Shown here one piece after another: positions 1-7,674 of a stretch of DNA of 24,000 nt (position 1 is its first letter; every line of letters begins with the position of its first letter). The stretch lies in sequence record MN988521.1, one strand, 5' to 3'. The notes under the pieces were generated by a model, which did no database searches, was not told where the DNA came from, and was given only the letters and a program-made list of their open reading frames with translations. The DNA is from Rhizobium phage RHph_TM30. The translations under genes and the position numbers were made by a program.

Positions 1-2
1 TA

Positions 3-332
3 GTAAATGTCTATCCTACTAACGATCAAGCATTCGAGTTCTTCAAGGATGACTTCATTCTTCAGACTCTCGATATACTAGAGACTGATGAACGTAAGAA
101 GTGGATACACTTCAAGTTCCATCAGTACACTGGAGAGTATGCAGGTACATTCAGTGATGAACCTGAGAATCGAGGAGAAGGTCTGTCAGTCGTTGACAAA
201 TTCTACTTCGACTTCGGTATTCATTCGAAGAGGTACGAGCATATCGAAGGATATGGTAAGACGAATACTGCCAGATCTCAGAATGTTACTCAGGAATCTC
301 TTCAGGCACTCGCTGATCGATTCAATAACTGA
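3..332 (+). CDS. Hypothetical protein, 5'-truncated by window edge (VNVYPTNDQAFEFFKDDFILQTLDILETDERKKWIHFKFHQYTGEYAGTFSDEPENRG...RFNN*)
   Basis: Open frame from position 3 to TGA 330-332 with the codon style of neighbouring genes. The track ORF 88-345 is the out-of-frame overlap. The start lies outside the window. Confidence 0.8.
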   Translation, partial: VNVYPTNDQAFEFFKDDFILQTLDILETDERKKWIHFKFHQYTGEYAGTFSDEPENRGEGLSVVDKFYFDFGIHSKRYEHIEGYGKTNTARSQNVTQESLQALADRFNN

Positions 333-343
333 AGTCACTTTGT

Positions 344-365
344 GATAGGAAGTCAGAGTCCTATC
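344..365 (+). other. Intergenic hairpin GATAGGA-AGTCAGAG-TCCTATC upstream of the repeat-rich exported gene
   Basis: Perfect 7-bp inverted repeat in the 73-nt gap. No good T-tract follows, so the role (weak terminator or 5'UTR structure) is unclear. Confidence 0.4.
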
Positions 366-405
366 CTACGGTCACTTCCGACCGATTTCCTAGAAAGGGA
401 TATTA

Positions 406-1152
406 ATGCGTAAGTATAATATTGCACTGGCAGCTGCATTCTCGCTATCTGCCGTACTCTTTTCCTCAACTGCATCTGCTGCCACATGTGGTGGTCAGGC
501 ATGGTCCTGGGAGTCCTTCCTGAGTGGAGCATGTAAGTCTGCAGGAGTCTCCAACTCTGGAGATAACAAGTCCCAGAATCGTATCTCGTCACGTACTCGT
601 CCGAGCACTCCTGGTAACTCGTCATCCAATCCGTCATCTGGTGTAACCAATCCAGGTGATAATGGTTCGAGCAATCCTGGAGACGATGACGACTCTGGAT
701 CGGATAATCCTGGTCATGAGAATCCAGGTGATGATACTCCTGGTGGCGATGATCATGGAAATGATAATCCCGGACATGACAATCCGGATGGTGATCACAA
801 TGACGATGGTCACAACGATAATGGCGACAATGGCAACCATGACAACGATGATAATGGGAACCATAACGGTGACGACAATGGTCACAATAATGATCATGGA
901 GATCATGATGGTGACAATGACTCTGGCAACAATGGTCATGACAATGATCATAACGGTCCATCTGGCGATCATAACAATGATGGCCATAACGACAATGGCC
1001 AGGATAATGGTCACAATCAGGATCAGTCTGGTAACGACGATAATGGCGGCGATCAGCCTTCTAATAATGAAGGCTCGAACAATGGTCACGACAACGATCA
1101 CAACGACAATGGTCATGGTAATGATGGTAAGGGACCAGGTAAAGGTAAGTAG
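406..1152 (+). CDS. Putative exported protein: Sec-type signal peptide followed by a long Asn/Asp/Gly/His low-complexity tail
   Basis: MRKYNIALAAAFSLSAVLFSSTASAA has n/h/c regions and an AxA-type site. The body is repeats such as NGHDNDHNDNG and ends GPGKGK. RBS-like AAAGGG lies upstream and an intrinsic terminator follows. Confidence 0.85.
   Translation: MRKYNIALAAAFSLSAVLFSSTASAATCGGQAWSWESFLSGACKSAGVSNSGDNKSQNRISSRTRPSTPGNSSSNPSSGVTNPGDNGSSNPGDDDDSGSDNPGHENPGDDTPGGDDHGNDNPGHDNPDGDHNDDGHNDNGDNGNHDNDDNGNHNGDDNGHNNDHGDHDGDNDSGNNGHDNDHNGPSGDHNNDGHNDNGQDNGHNQDQSGNDDNGGDQPSNNEGSNNGHDNDHNDNGHGNDGKGPGKGK
590..1140 (+). repeat. Degenerate in-frame coding repeat (about 9-18 nt units, GGT/CAC/AAT/GAC/GAT codons)
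   Basis: Repeated ggtcacaatgacgatgg / ggtcatgacaatgatcat-type units encoding DNGH/NDNG/HDND. Confidence 0.8.
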
Positions 1153-1169
1153 TACCTGAGTCCGTTGAT

Positions 1170-1209
1170 GTGGGAGGTATCAGAAATGGTATCTCCCACT
1201 TTTATTTTG
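1170..1209 (+). terminator. Intrinsic terminator, 13-bp stem, GAAA tetraloop
   Basis: GTGGGAGGTATCA-GAAA-TGGTATCTCCCAC (two G-U wobbles) followed by TTTTATTTTG. Confidence 0.9.
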
Positions 1210-1221
1210 TCTGGAGGTCAG

Positions 1222-1398
1222 ATGCGCATATTGATTGTAGTGATCTACGTATTGACAGGACTTGGATACTACCAAGAGATGAAAGATCGTAAGATCATCT
1301 ATGAAACTCAAGGTCAGGGTATTGCAGAAGCAGCACTATGGCCTATCATGTTCGGTAAACAAGTAGCTCGAGGATCATTCAATGATAACCGTGATTAA
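1222..1398 (+). CDS. Small membrane-anchored or exported hypothetical protein (MRILIVVIYVLTGLGYYQEMKDRK...)
   Basis: GGAGGTCAG-ATG RBS. The track start at 1165 would lie before the terminator. N-terminal hydrophobic segment. Confidence 0.75.
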   Translation: MRILIVVIYVLTGLGYYQEMKDRKIIYETQGQGIAEAALWPIMFGKQVARGSFNDNRD

Positions 1399-1570
1399 GC
1401 ATGTAGTCATAGGGACATTCACTCTAGTCCTTTCAATCATCTGCATTGATAAGATGTTTGATCCTGTTGAAGCTCAATCATCTAGTGTCAGTGTACTCAA
1501 CGTTCCAGGTCATCCAGATATCATTTGCATGAAATATGGTGACCGTACTCTCTCATGTGTGAAGAAATAA
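1382..1570 (+). CDS. Small putative exported or single-TM protein (MITVIKHVVIGTFTLVLSIICIDKMFDPVEAQ...)
   Basis: Overlaps the upstream gene end. Hydrophobic N-terminus. Confidence 0.7.
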   Translation: MITVIKHVVIGTFTLVLSIICIDKMFDPVEAQSSSVSVLNVPGHPDIICMKYGDRTLSCVKK

Positions 1571-1571
1571 G

Positions 1572-1847
1572 ATGCAGACTGTAGCAGATACTAACATGTG
1601 GAAGATCAAGGCTATGAAGCTTCAGGCTGATATCTTGATGATGGACATGTACAAGCAATTGATCGAGACTCAGGATGAATTTGGTAATCCTATTCGAATC
1701 ATCCAACCTCAGATTCTCACGACCTACGAACATTTTACGATCATAGGTGTTGATGAGAAAGCACTATTAGAAGAAGGACGTGAAGAGCCTATCATGCTTT
1801 ATCATGACTGGTACATGACGTATGAAGTTAAGGATAGAATTCTGTGA
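1572..1847 (+). CDS. Hypothetical protein
   Basis: Open frame with consistent codon style. GTGA overlap with the next gene. Confidence 0.75.
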   Translation: MQTVADTNMWKIKAMKLQADILMMDMYKQLIETQDEFGNPIRIIQPQILTTYEHFTIIGVDEKALLEEGREEPIMLYHDWYMTYEVKDRIL

Positions 1848-2119
1848 AAAATCTTATTTTAGTATCTCTCGTTCTACTTGCAGGATGTGAAGTTCATATC
1901 GGAGGATATCCTGAAGGTTCTAAGACCGAGACTAAAGCTAGTGTCGATCGTACAGTTGTACCATTTCCGTATGATACCAAGATCTATTACTTCAAAGATC
2001 CTCGTACATCAGTATGTTTCGCAGTTAGTGGGTATCAGGATAATCGGATGTTAACTACAGTAACTTGCAGTGATGATGTACTGAAAGCTATTGACGATGA
2101 TGAAATAAGGGCACGATAA
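1844..2119 (+). CDS. Putative lipoprotein (MKNLILVSLVLLAGC|EVHIGG...)
   Basis: GTG start overlapping the previous TGA. Canonical lipobox LLAGC at residues 11-15. Confidence 0.85.
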   Translation: MKNLILVSLVLLAGCEVHIGGYPEGSKTETKASVDRTVVPFPYDTKIYYFKDPRTSVCFAVSGYQDNRMLTTVTCSDDVLKAIDDDEIRAR

Positions 2120-2712
2120 TGAAATGGGTACTCGCTGATCCTCATCTTTTCCACAAGAAGATTGTAACACACTTTATGTTCAGACCTTATGCATCTGTCG
2201 AGGAGATGAATGAGGACATCATCGATACCATTAATCAATATGTCAAAGAGAGTCATACTCTGTATCTCTTAGGTGATATCTCTTTTGAGTACGATCCAGA
2301 TAAGAATCTCGAGATTCTCAAGAAGATTAATTGTAAGAATATTCACTTAGTTGTAGGTAACCATGATCACACAGAGATGCGTGAACTTCCGATCTGGAAG
2401 TCTGTCAATCATTATCTCGAAGTCAAGAACGATAAGAAATTCTTTGTACTGTGTCACTACCCATTCGAGAGTTGGAACAAGTCCTCTAAAGGATCCATTA
2501 TGGTCCACGGACATTGCCATGGATCTTCTAAGAAAGTCCCTAATCGATTCGACGTCGGTTGGGATGTCAGAGGTAGACCAGTCTCGCTCGATGAGTTGAT
2601 CCTTGAATGGAATGACAATCCTGACTCTTGGGTTGATCATCATGCTCATGAATCTGATGGAACTGTGAAGAGTCTCTGGAAGAGAATCTCTAATCTAATA
2701 GGAATGAAATAA
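2119..2712 (+). CDS. Calcineurin-like metallophosphoesterase family protein
   Basis: Ordered motifs: DPH (ADPHLFH), GD (LLGDIS), GNHD (VVGNHDHTEMR), H (CHYPFESW), GHxH (VHGHCHG). Confidence 0.9.
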   Translation: MKWVLADPHLFHKKIVTHFMFRPYASVEEMNEDIIDTINQYVKESHTLYLLGDISFEYDPDKNLEILKKINCKNIHLVVGNHDHTEMRELPIWKSVNHYLEVKNDKKFFVLCHYPFESWNKSSKGSIMVHGHCHGSSKKVPNRFDVGWDVRGRPVSLDELILEWNDNPDSWVDHHAHESDGTVKSLWKRISNLIGMK

Positions 2713-2981
2713 TGCGTAATGTTCTTGTAGTAGCATCTCTTGCTGTAGTACTAGTATCCTGTGGTAAGTCTCCTGAGGACCTTCAGACGGACAAAATGAA
2801 TATTGATCGTCAGCTACCAGAGGGATGTGAGTTTCACTTCTATGGTTGGTACGACAACATGAGAGTAGCTGCTATCGTCTGCGATAATTCTAAAGTGACC
2901 AATACTAATGTCAGATGGTCCGAAGGTAGTGGTAAGAATGAGACAATTCATAATGGTCTCGTAGCAAAGATTGAGAAGTAA
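2712..2981 (+). CDS. Putative lipoprotein (MRNVLVVASLAVVLVSC|GKSPEDL...)
   Basis: N-terminal hydrophobic stretch ending in lipobox VLVSC. Four-codon-scale coupling to the upstream gene (TAATG). Confidence 0.85.
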   Translation: MRNVLVVASLAVVLVSCGKSPEDLQTDKMNIDRQLPEGCEFHFYGWYDNMRVAAIVCDNSKVTNTNVRWSEGSGKNETIHNGLVAKIEK

Positions 2982-2982
2982 G

Positions 2983-3372
2983 ATGGGAAGCCTGCATAAC
3001 GATCTAGCATCCTGGGCTAGTAAAGCTAATGCTCAAGGTCAAGATAGGATTGAGATCACTAACGAGACTGCACTGAAGATTGCTGATCAGATAGTTGAGA
3101 TGGCTACTCGTATCGAAGAATTAGAGTATCATGTTCGTAATCCTCGTCATCCTGCGTACGAGGACCTGACAGATTATCAGTACGGTCTCAATCCATGGCG
3201 TAGATTCAGACCATACAAGCCAGATCAGATCCGTATCGAACGAGGTGAGGATTATCGAGCTGGTACTCATACGATCTGTGACCATTGTGGATGTGAATAT
3301 GCAGACCACGAACCGGTCGTAGGGTACGAATTCTTGAACAGAATATGCAATGGAAATCTGGTAAAGCTATGA
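2983..3372 (+). CDS. Hypothetical phage protein with C-terminal CDHCGCEYADHEPVVGYEFLNRICNGNLVKL motif
   Basis: Downstream ATG at 2983 chosen. The C-terminal Cys/His signature resembles a small protein family frequent in proteobacterial phages (recalled, not searched). Confidence 0.75.
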   Translation: MGSLHNDLASWASKANAQGQDRIEITNETALKIADQIVEMATRIEELEYHVRNPRHPAYEDLTDYQYGLNPWRRFRPYKPDQIRIERGEDYRAGTHTICDHCGCEYADHEPVVGYEFLNRICNGNLVKL

Positions 3373-3629
3373 GTGAAGAACGTAAATGTCCTCCTGGAAT
3401 CACATGGCGAGATCCTGAGTACTTGAAGTTCTATACTCCTTGTGATGTCTGCAAGAAGTATGGTGATGAAGGATCTCCAATCCACTGGGTAGGAGGATCT
3501 AGTTGTACCGTATGTTCTCGACCTGAATGTGAAGAGATCGCTAAAGGATGGTACGAGGATACTGCTCGTCATGTTGAAGAACAACTAGCAGAGACTCGAC
3601 GTCAATTCTATAGTGATGAGGATGAATAA
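3369..3629 (+). CDS. Small Cys-rich, possibly Zn-binding protein (CDVC...CTVCSRPEC)
   Basis: ATGA overlap with the previous gene. Two CxxC-type motifs. The track start at 3345 is upstream of the likely start. Confidence 0.75.
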   Translation: MSEERKCPPGITWRDPEYLKFYTPCDVCKKYGDEGSPIHWVGGSSCTVCSRPECEEIAKGWYEDTARHVEEQLAETRRQFYSDEDE

Positions 3630-3630
3630 C

Positions 3631-3777
3631 ATGTGGAGTGACTGGTTTCATCTAATCCCTAAACAGACTCTCAGTGAGAAGATACGTAGGAAGATCTTAT
3701 TGGTCGGATTCATTCTCTCATTAACTATACCTTGGATCTATGGTGCGTACACATTCTACAGGGACTATGTGCAATGA
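3631..3777 (+). CDS. 48-aa single-TM protein MWSDWFHLIPKQTLSEKIRRKILLVGFILSLTIPWIYGAYTFYRDYVQ
   Basis: Fills the gap between neighbours. ATG just after the previous stop and ATGA overlap with the next start. Below the ORF-track length cut-off. Confidence 0.7.
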   Translation: MWSDWFHLIPKQTLSEKIRRKILLVGFILSLTIPWIYGAYTFYRDYVQ

Positions 3778-3971
3778 GTCCTGTACGTGTCATTCAAACA
3801 TTTATTCGAGTATGTGCTGATTGTCCACATTGTACTTATTACTCTGGTGGGATGAGTCATTGTACTTTGACAGAAGCACTCATTCGACCAGATGATAAAG
3901 CATACTCGATTCATGAGAATTGTCCTCTACCGTATGCTGGTCCTCCAGTAATTAGGAATACGAATGACTGA
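3774..3971 (+). CDS. Small Cys-rich hypothetical protein (MSPVRVIQTFIRVCADCPHCTYYSGGMSHC...)
   Basis: ATGA coupling at 3774. The internal start is preferred over the track start 3732. Confidence 0.7.
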   Translation: MSPVRVIQTFIRVCADCPHCTYYSGGMSHCTLTEALIRPDDKAYSIHENCPLPYAGPPVIRNTND

Positions 3972-4347
3972 GTCTTTTGAACTACGATTAAGTAATTATG
4001 AATTAGGTACATGGTTTCATGTACACGACATTGATGAGATGGAGAAATTCTATCTGTCTCGTCTACCTGCAATCAGATCAGCTGCTCGTCAGTTAGGATA
4101 CGCTATTGGAGTCCATGGATCTTGTCGACGAGACTTTGATCTGATGGCGATGAGATGGACAGACAAGTATGCTAGCAAGGATACTCTAGCTCGAGCTATC
4201 CAGAATGCAGCATGTGGGATTATGTCCTCCAGATATACGTGGGAGACTAAGCCTAGTGGTCGAGTAGCTACTTCTATGGCTATCTGCTGGCCTGAGTGGT
4301 ATGAAATGATCGGTGCAGGTACGATCGATCTTTCGATTCTAGAGTAA
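3964..4347 (+). CDS. Minimal-nucleotidyltransferase-like phage protein
   Basis: AIRSAARQLGYAIGVHGSCRRDFDLMAMRW resembles the GSxxRDxDL(I/M)A motif of nucleotidyltransferase-fold phage proteins. Confidence 0.6.
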   Translation: MTESFELRLSNYELGTWFHVHDIDEMEKFYLSRLPAIRSAARQLGYAIGVHGSCRRDFDLMAMRWTDKYASKDTLARAIQNAACGIMSSRYTWETKPSGRVATSMAICWPEWYEMIGAGTIDLSILE

Positions 4348-4358
4348 GGATTCTATTC

Positions 4359-4607
4359 ATGTTTTATCAACAAATACCGATGGGAGCAGGAGATCATTCA
4401 TCTGCTCAATGTTTCAGATTGACATCTTTGTTGCACGATACTCTAAGTGACATCTCAACTCTTCAACAAGCTGGTGGAAGAGATCCGTCTTTTGATGACG
4501 ACTACGATCTTCGTATTAAAGTAGCTGCATGTGAGATCTTTCTGAAGTTAACAGGTTACAAGATCAGTGATATCAAATTGCTTGATCTTCTAAAGGAATA
4601 CGAATAA
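4359..4607 (+). CDS. Hypothetical protein
   Basis: Open frame with upstream AAGGA. 1-nt overlap with the next start (TAATG). Confidence 0.75.
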   Translation: MFYQQIPMGAGDHSSAQCFRLTSLLHDTLSDISTLQQAGGRDPSFDDDYDLRIKVAACEIFLKLTGYKISDIKLLDLLKEYE

Positions 4608-4963
4608 TGTCTGAGAATGTATTTGACTACGGATTCATGGTACCTCTGAAAGAGAAGATGACCGATGATGATCGATATGATCTCTCTGAGAGACTCTGGA
4701 ATGAGAAGACTGGAATCCATATTAATCATGAAGGTACGATAATCTACTCTGCTATTCGAGGAAACGAGTATGGGATTAGATTCACTCAGACGTCTGAGAT
4801 GGATTCCTCTGCATTCATGGATTCGATTCCTGACTACGTACCTGAGGTCGACGATACGGAGATTCGAGGATACTCGTGCTACTGGTACAATGGATCTGAT
4901 AGCGATATGGACTGCATGACTTTGGAAAGATATAGGAGTTACAATAATGACTCAGAAACGTGA
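4607..4963 (+). CDS. Hypothetical protein
   Basis: Consistent codon style and translational coupling. Confidence 0.8.
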   Translation: MSENVFDYGFMVPLKEKMTDDDRYDLSERLWNEKTGIHINHEGTIIYSAIRGNEYGIRFTQTSEMDSSAFMDSIPDYVPEVDDTEIRGYSCYWYNGSDSDMDCMTLERYRSYNNDSET

Positions 4964-5135
4964 TCGACTAAAGATGACTCTCCGAGAAGAAGTAGCATTC
5001 GTCTTCGGAGGAGTAATGGCTATCAATCCTGAGTGGTACAAACAAGCACTCGAGATGATAGCGAAGAATCAGAATGTATCTGTCGATGAGGTGAAGAAAG
5101 CCGTCGAGAGCCTTCCTTCTGAGGACTTCGACTGA
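4947..5135 (+). CDS. Hypothetical protein
   Basis: ATATAGGAG RBS upstream. Overlaps the previous gene end. Confidence 0.75.
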   Translation: MTQKRDRLKMTLREEVAFVFGGVMAINPEWYKQALEMIAKNQNVSVDEVKKAVESLPSEDFD

Positions 5136-5158
5136 ATCAATTTAAAGGAGAGGGTGAC

Positions 5159-5650
5159 ATGACTTCTGAATTGACAGTATCCCAGGTCTGGGGAATCGAT
5201 CTGACTAAGGTCGATGATATGTGCAAGATACTCACATGGTATGAGTATCGTAGAAATATGGCAATCAATGCATTGCTACCAGATAGGATGACTGAAGATG
5301 ATCTTCGATGGAAGGATGTCACTCTCACAAGAGATCGTAGACAAGCAGATAGAGTCGTACGAGTAACTCTCTGTTTGAAAGATGAGAATCATACTCGGAT
5401 CAGTCACAAGTTTACTCAGAATGAATTCTTCTCTGACGGAGATCTGAAAGAGATTTATCGTAAGCATCTAGCTGAAGAGAAAGAACGTAAAGCTGCTGAG
5501 AAGAGAGAACAGGAGAAGATATTTGCACTGTCTGAGGAGAGTAAACGAGAGAAGGAACTCGAGCATCTCAGAGGTCTAATGAAGAAGTATCCTCTCGAGA
5601 TCGATGAGGAGATCAAACGTCGTCAACGTGAAATAGATCTGGATGATTAA
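5159..5650 (+). CDS. Hypothetical protein with highly charged, likely helical or coiled-coil C-terminal half
   Basis: AAAGGAGAGGGTGAC-ATG RBS. EEKERKAAEKREQEKIFALSEESKREKELEHLRG segment. Confidence 0.85.
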   Translation: MTSELTVSQVWGIDLTKVDDMCKILTWYEYRRNMAINALLPDRMTEDDLRWKDVTLTRDRRQADRVVRVTLCLKDENHTRISHKFTQNEFFSDGDLKEIYRKHLAEEKERKAAEKREQEKIFALSEESKREKELEHLRGLMKKYPLEIDEEIKRRQREIDLDD

Positions 5651-5652
5651 TT

Positions 5653-5886
5653 ATGAAGCATGAAATCCGTATTGTAGTCGATACTTCTGAAATCGATGAT
5701 AAGTTTGATAACTTCGATGCTGAGTCACTTCTGAGAGATTTGTACTTTCACAAGGTAGTTCAGAATATCAATGAGATCAATCGAGTTGCTCAGATGACTT
5801 CCTCTTCGACAGGAGGTAATCCATACATGCTCGCTCTGAAGAACATGGTCACGTATGCTGGTATTAACATCACGAGGATTGACTGA
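5653..5886 (+). CDS. Hypothetical protein
   Basis: Starts just after the previous stop and overlaps the next start. Confidence 0.8.
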   Translation: MKHEIRIVVDTSEIDDKFDNFDAESLLRDLYFHKVVQNINEINRVAQMTSSSTGGNPYMLALKNMVTYAGINITRID

Positions 5887-6377
5887 TGAAACCTGAGTAT
5901 GAAGCATATCTCCGAGAGCTTATCGACGAGGATAAGAAACGTACCCATTATCTAGGCTATGATGAGAAGGGTCCTCCTGACTCTGCAGTACTACGTGCTA
6001 AGTGCATGGAGTACACGAAGAAGTTCATCGAGAAGTTCCCTCATCTTAAGAGAGTGAGTGGATTTATTGCTAACAAGGATTTCATCTTCAATCCTGAGGA
6101 AGATGTATCTCCAGGTACTGAACATTGGTGGTGTATTGACGTAGATAGGACGATTGTTGATCCTACTCGAGGTCAGTTCACTCGTAATGTTGAACTTAAG
6201 TACATTGAATTTGATGAGAAGATCCATCAGATCCAGATTGGTAAGTGTCCTAATTGTGGCATGGAGATCTACGGTCTTGTATCTGATGTAGGTAAGCACG
6301 GTGGACTCTGCTCAGAAGAGTGCTTCGATGATTACTCAGAATATATGAATGGTGAAATGAAGTCATGTCGATCCTGA
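5886..6377 (+). CDS. Hypothetical protein with Cys...EHWWC...IVDPTRGQF signature plus C-terminal CPNC...CSEEC Zn-ribbon-like motif
   Basis: Shares an ordered motif set with the product of 16026-16322 (NRCG...PHFWC...IIDPTREQF). Confidence 0.85.
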   Translation: MKPEYEAYLRELIDEDKKRTHYLGYDEKGPPDSAVLRAKCMEYTKKFIEKFPHLKRVSGFIANKDFIFNPEEDVSPGTEHWWCIDVDRTIVDPTRGQFTRNVELKYIEFDEKIHQIQIGKCPNCGMEIYGLVSDVGKHGGLCSEECFDDYSEYMNGEMKSCRS

Positions 6378-6622
6378 ATACTGAAAATGTTAAGTCTCTC
6401 AAGTGGTCTCCTCTAGAGGAGAGTGGTACTATATACGCATGGTCTCCATTCGGTGGAATTTACTCGATTCAGATGACGCCTAATGGAGCATGTACTGTCA
6501 ACTTTCGTAATGATAAGTTTGAGAACTACGGTAGTCTAGAAGATGGAATCGTAGCTGCACAGAATCATCATGTCTCTAAAATCACGGATCTTTTTGATTC
6601 TGAACCTACATGGAATATTTAG
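6365..6622 (+). CDS. Hypothetical protein
   Basis: Short overlap with the upstream gene. Consistent codon style. Confidence 0.75.
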   Translation: MSILNTENVKSLKWSPLEESGTIYAWSPFGGIYSIQMTPNGACTVNFRNDKFENYGSLEDGIVAAQNHHVSKITDLFDSEPTWNI

Positions 6623-6856
6623 ATGTCTGCCAATTTAAGCACCGTATATTATGCGATTAAAGATCCTGTCACTGATACTCTGCAATGCGGGTACACATCT
6701 CTGACGAATGGACTGTATTCGACTCCAGGTAAGGCTCAGTCGTACATCGATCGTAAGGTCAGACGTTCTCGATATCCATCTCAAGCTGAAGAATATAAGA
6801 AATGGAAGATCGTACCTGTCAAGATCGTTGAGGTGACTGAAGATGAAGCTAATTGA
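6623..6856 (+). CDS. Small hypothetical protein, paralogue of 7398-7673
   Basis: YYAIKDPVTDTLQ...LTNGLYSTPGKAQSYIDRK...VPVKIVEV matches YYALITESGDILK...MLNGLYDSHAKATRYKKS...TPVKIVKD. Confidence 0.8.
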   Translation: MSANLSTVYYAIKDPVTDTLQCGYTSLTNGLYSTPGKAQSYIDRKVRRSRYPSQAEEYKKWKIVPVKIVEVTEDEAN

Positions 6857-7391
6857 TTATGTAATGGTGCTTGACAATGTCCTGGATCATCAGACATGTC
6901 ATCAGATCATCGACAAGTTTCAGAGTCATGGTGAACTAGAGTCTCAGAGACGTGAGGGATTGTATCAGTTTGATCAGCTCAATCTCAATACTGCTGGACC
7001 TAACTGGGACGGTGAGCTACGTACGATCATTACTGCTCTACGAGGATCACTGACCACCTATCGTCAGGAAGTACCTACATCTGGATGGCCTCAGCAATTC
7101 GGATGGGAGCAGGTACGTATGAAGAGATATCTTCCTAACGATAACGATCAGTTTCCTGTTCATGTGGACGTAGCTGACTACAAGTCTGCTCGACGATTCC
7201 TAGTATTCTTCATGTACCTGAACGATGTCGATGAAGGTGGAGAGACTACATTCCCAGAATTGAATGTAGCAGTGAAGCCTAAGGCTGGACGAGTACTCAT
7301 CTTCCCTCCGATGTGGCAGTATCCTCATACTGGTGAGAAGCCTATCTCTGCTCCTAAGTTCATCATCGGGAGTTATCTCCATTATGTGTGA
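6843..7391 (+). CDS. 2OG-Fe(II) oxygenase (prolyl 4-hydroxylase-like)
   Basis: FPVHVDVADY (HxD), GGETTFPELNVAVKPKAGRVLIFPP, distal H (QYPHTGEKP), and K of APKFIIGSYLHYV as the likely 2OG-binding residue. Confidence 0.92.
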   Translation: MKLIDYVMVLDNVLDHQTCHQIIDKFQSHGELESQRREGLYQFDQLNLNTAGPNWDGELRTIITALRGSLTTYRQEVPTSGWPQQFGWEQVRMKRYLPNDNDQFPVHVDVADYKSARRFLVFFMYLNDVDEGGETTFPELNVAVKPKAGRVLIFPPMWQYPHTGEKPISAPKFIIGSYLHYV

Positions 7392-7397
7392 GTCGAC

Positions 7398-7673
7398 ATG
7401 TTAAATATCAACAGGACATATTATGCTCTGATCACAGAGAGTGGAGACATTCTCAAGGGATCTCAATCAATGCTGAATGGATTGTATGACTCTCATGCTA
7501 AAGCTACTAGGTACAAGAAATCTCTCATTGATAAAGCTAAGCCGTTCAGTAGTCAAAGTACTAGTCCTCACAAACATCTGTGGGATCCTAGGAATACAGC
7601 AGAATGGGATAAGACTCTGGAGACGTATGAGTCTCTTGAAGTCACTCCTGTCAAGATTGTAAAGGATAAGTAG
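7398..7673 (+). CDS. Small hypothetical protein, paralogue of 6623-6856
   Basis: Shared YYA(I/L), LNGLY...KA..Y and PVKIV blocks. Confidence 0.8.
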   Translation: MLNINRTYYALITESGDILKGSQSMLNGLYDSHAKATRYKKSLIDKAKPFSSQSTSPHKHLWDPRNTAEWDKTLETYESLEVTPVKIVKDK

Positions 7674-7674
7674 A

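Noticed and set aside
88-345. Track ORF 88-345 (+)
   Set aside because: Out of frame with the better-supported partial CDS 3-332. Its product is Ser/Arg-rich and shadow-like.
353-961. 202-aa minus-strand ORF rich in His/Asp/Tyr/Cys, plus 634-1116 minus and 656-1159 plus frames
   Set aside because: Artefacts of the low-complexity repeat in gene 406-1152, which keeps all frames open. They show no RBS or operon context.
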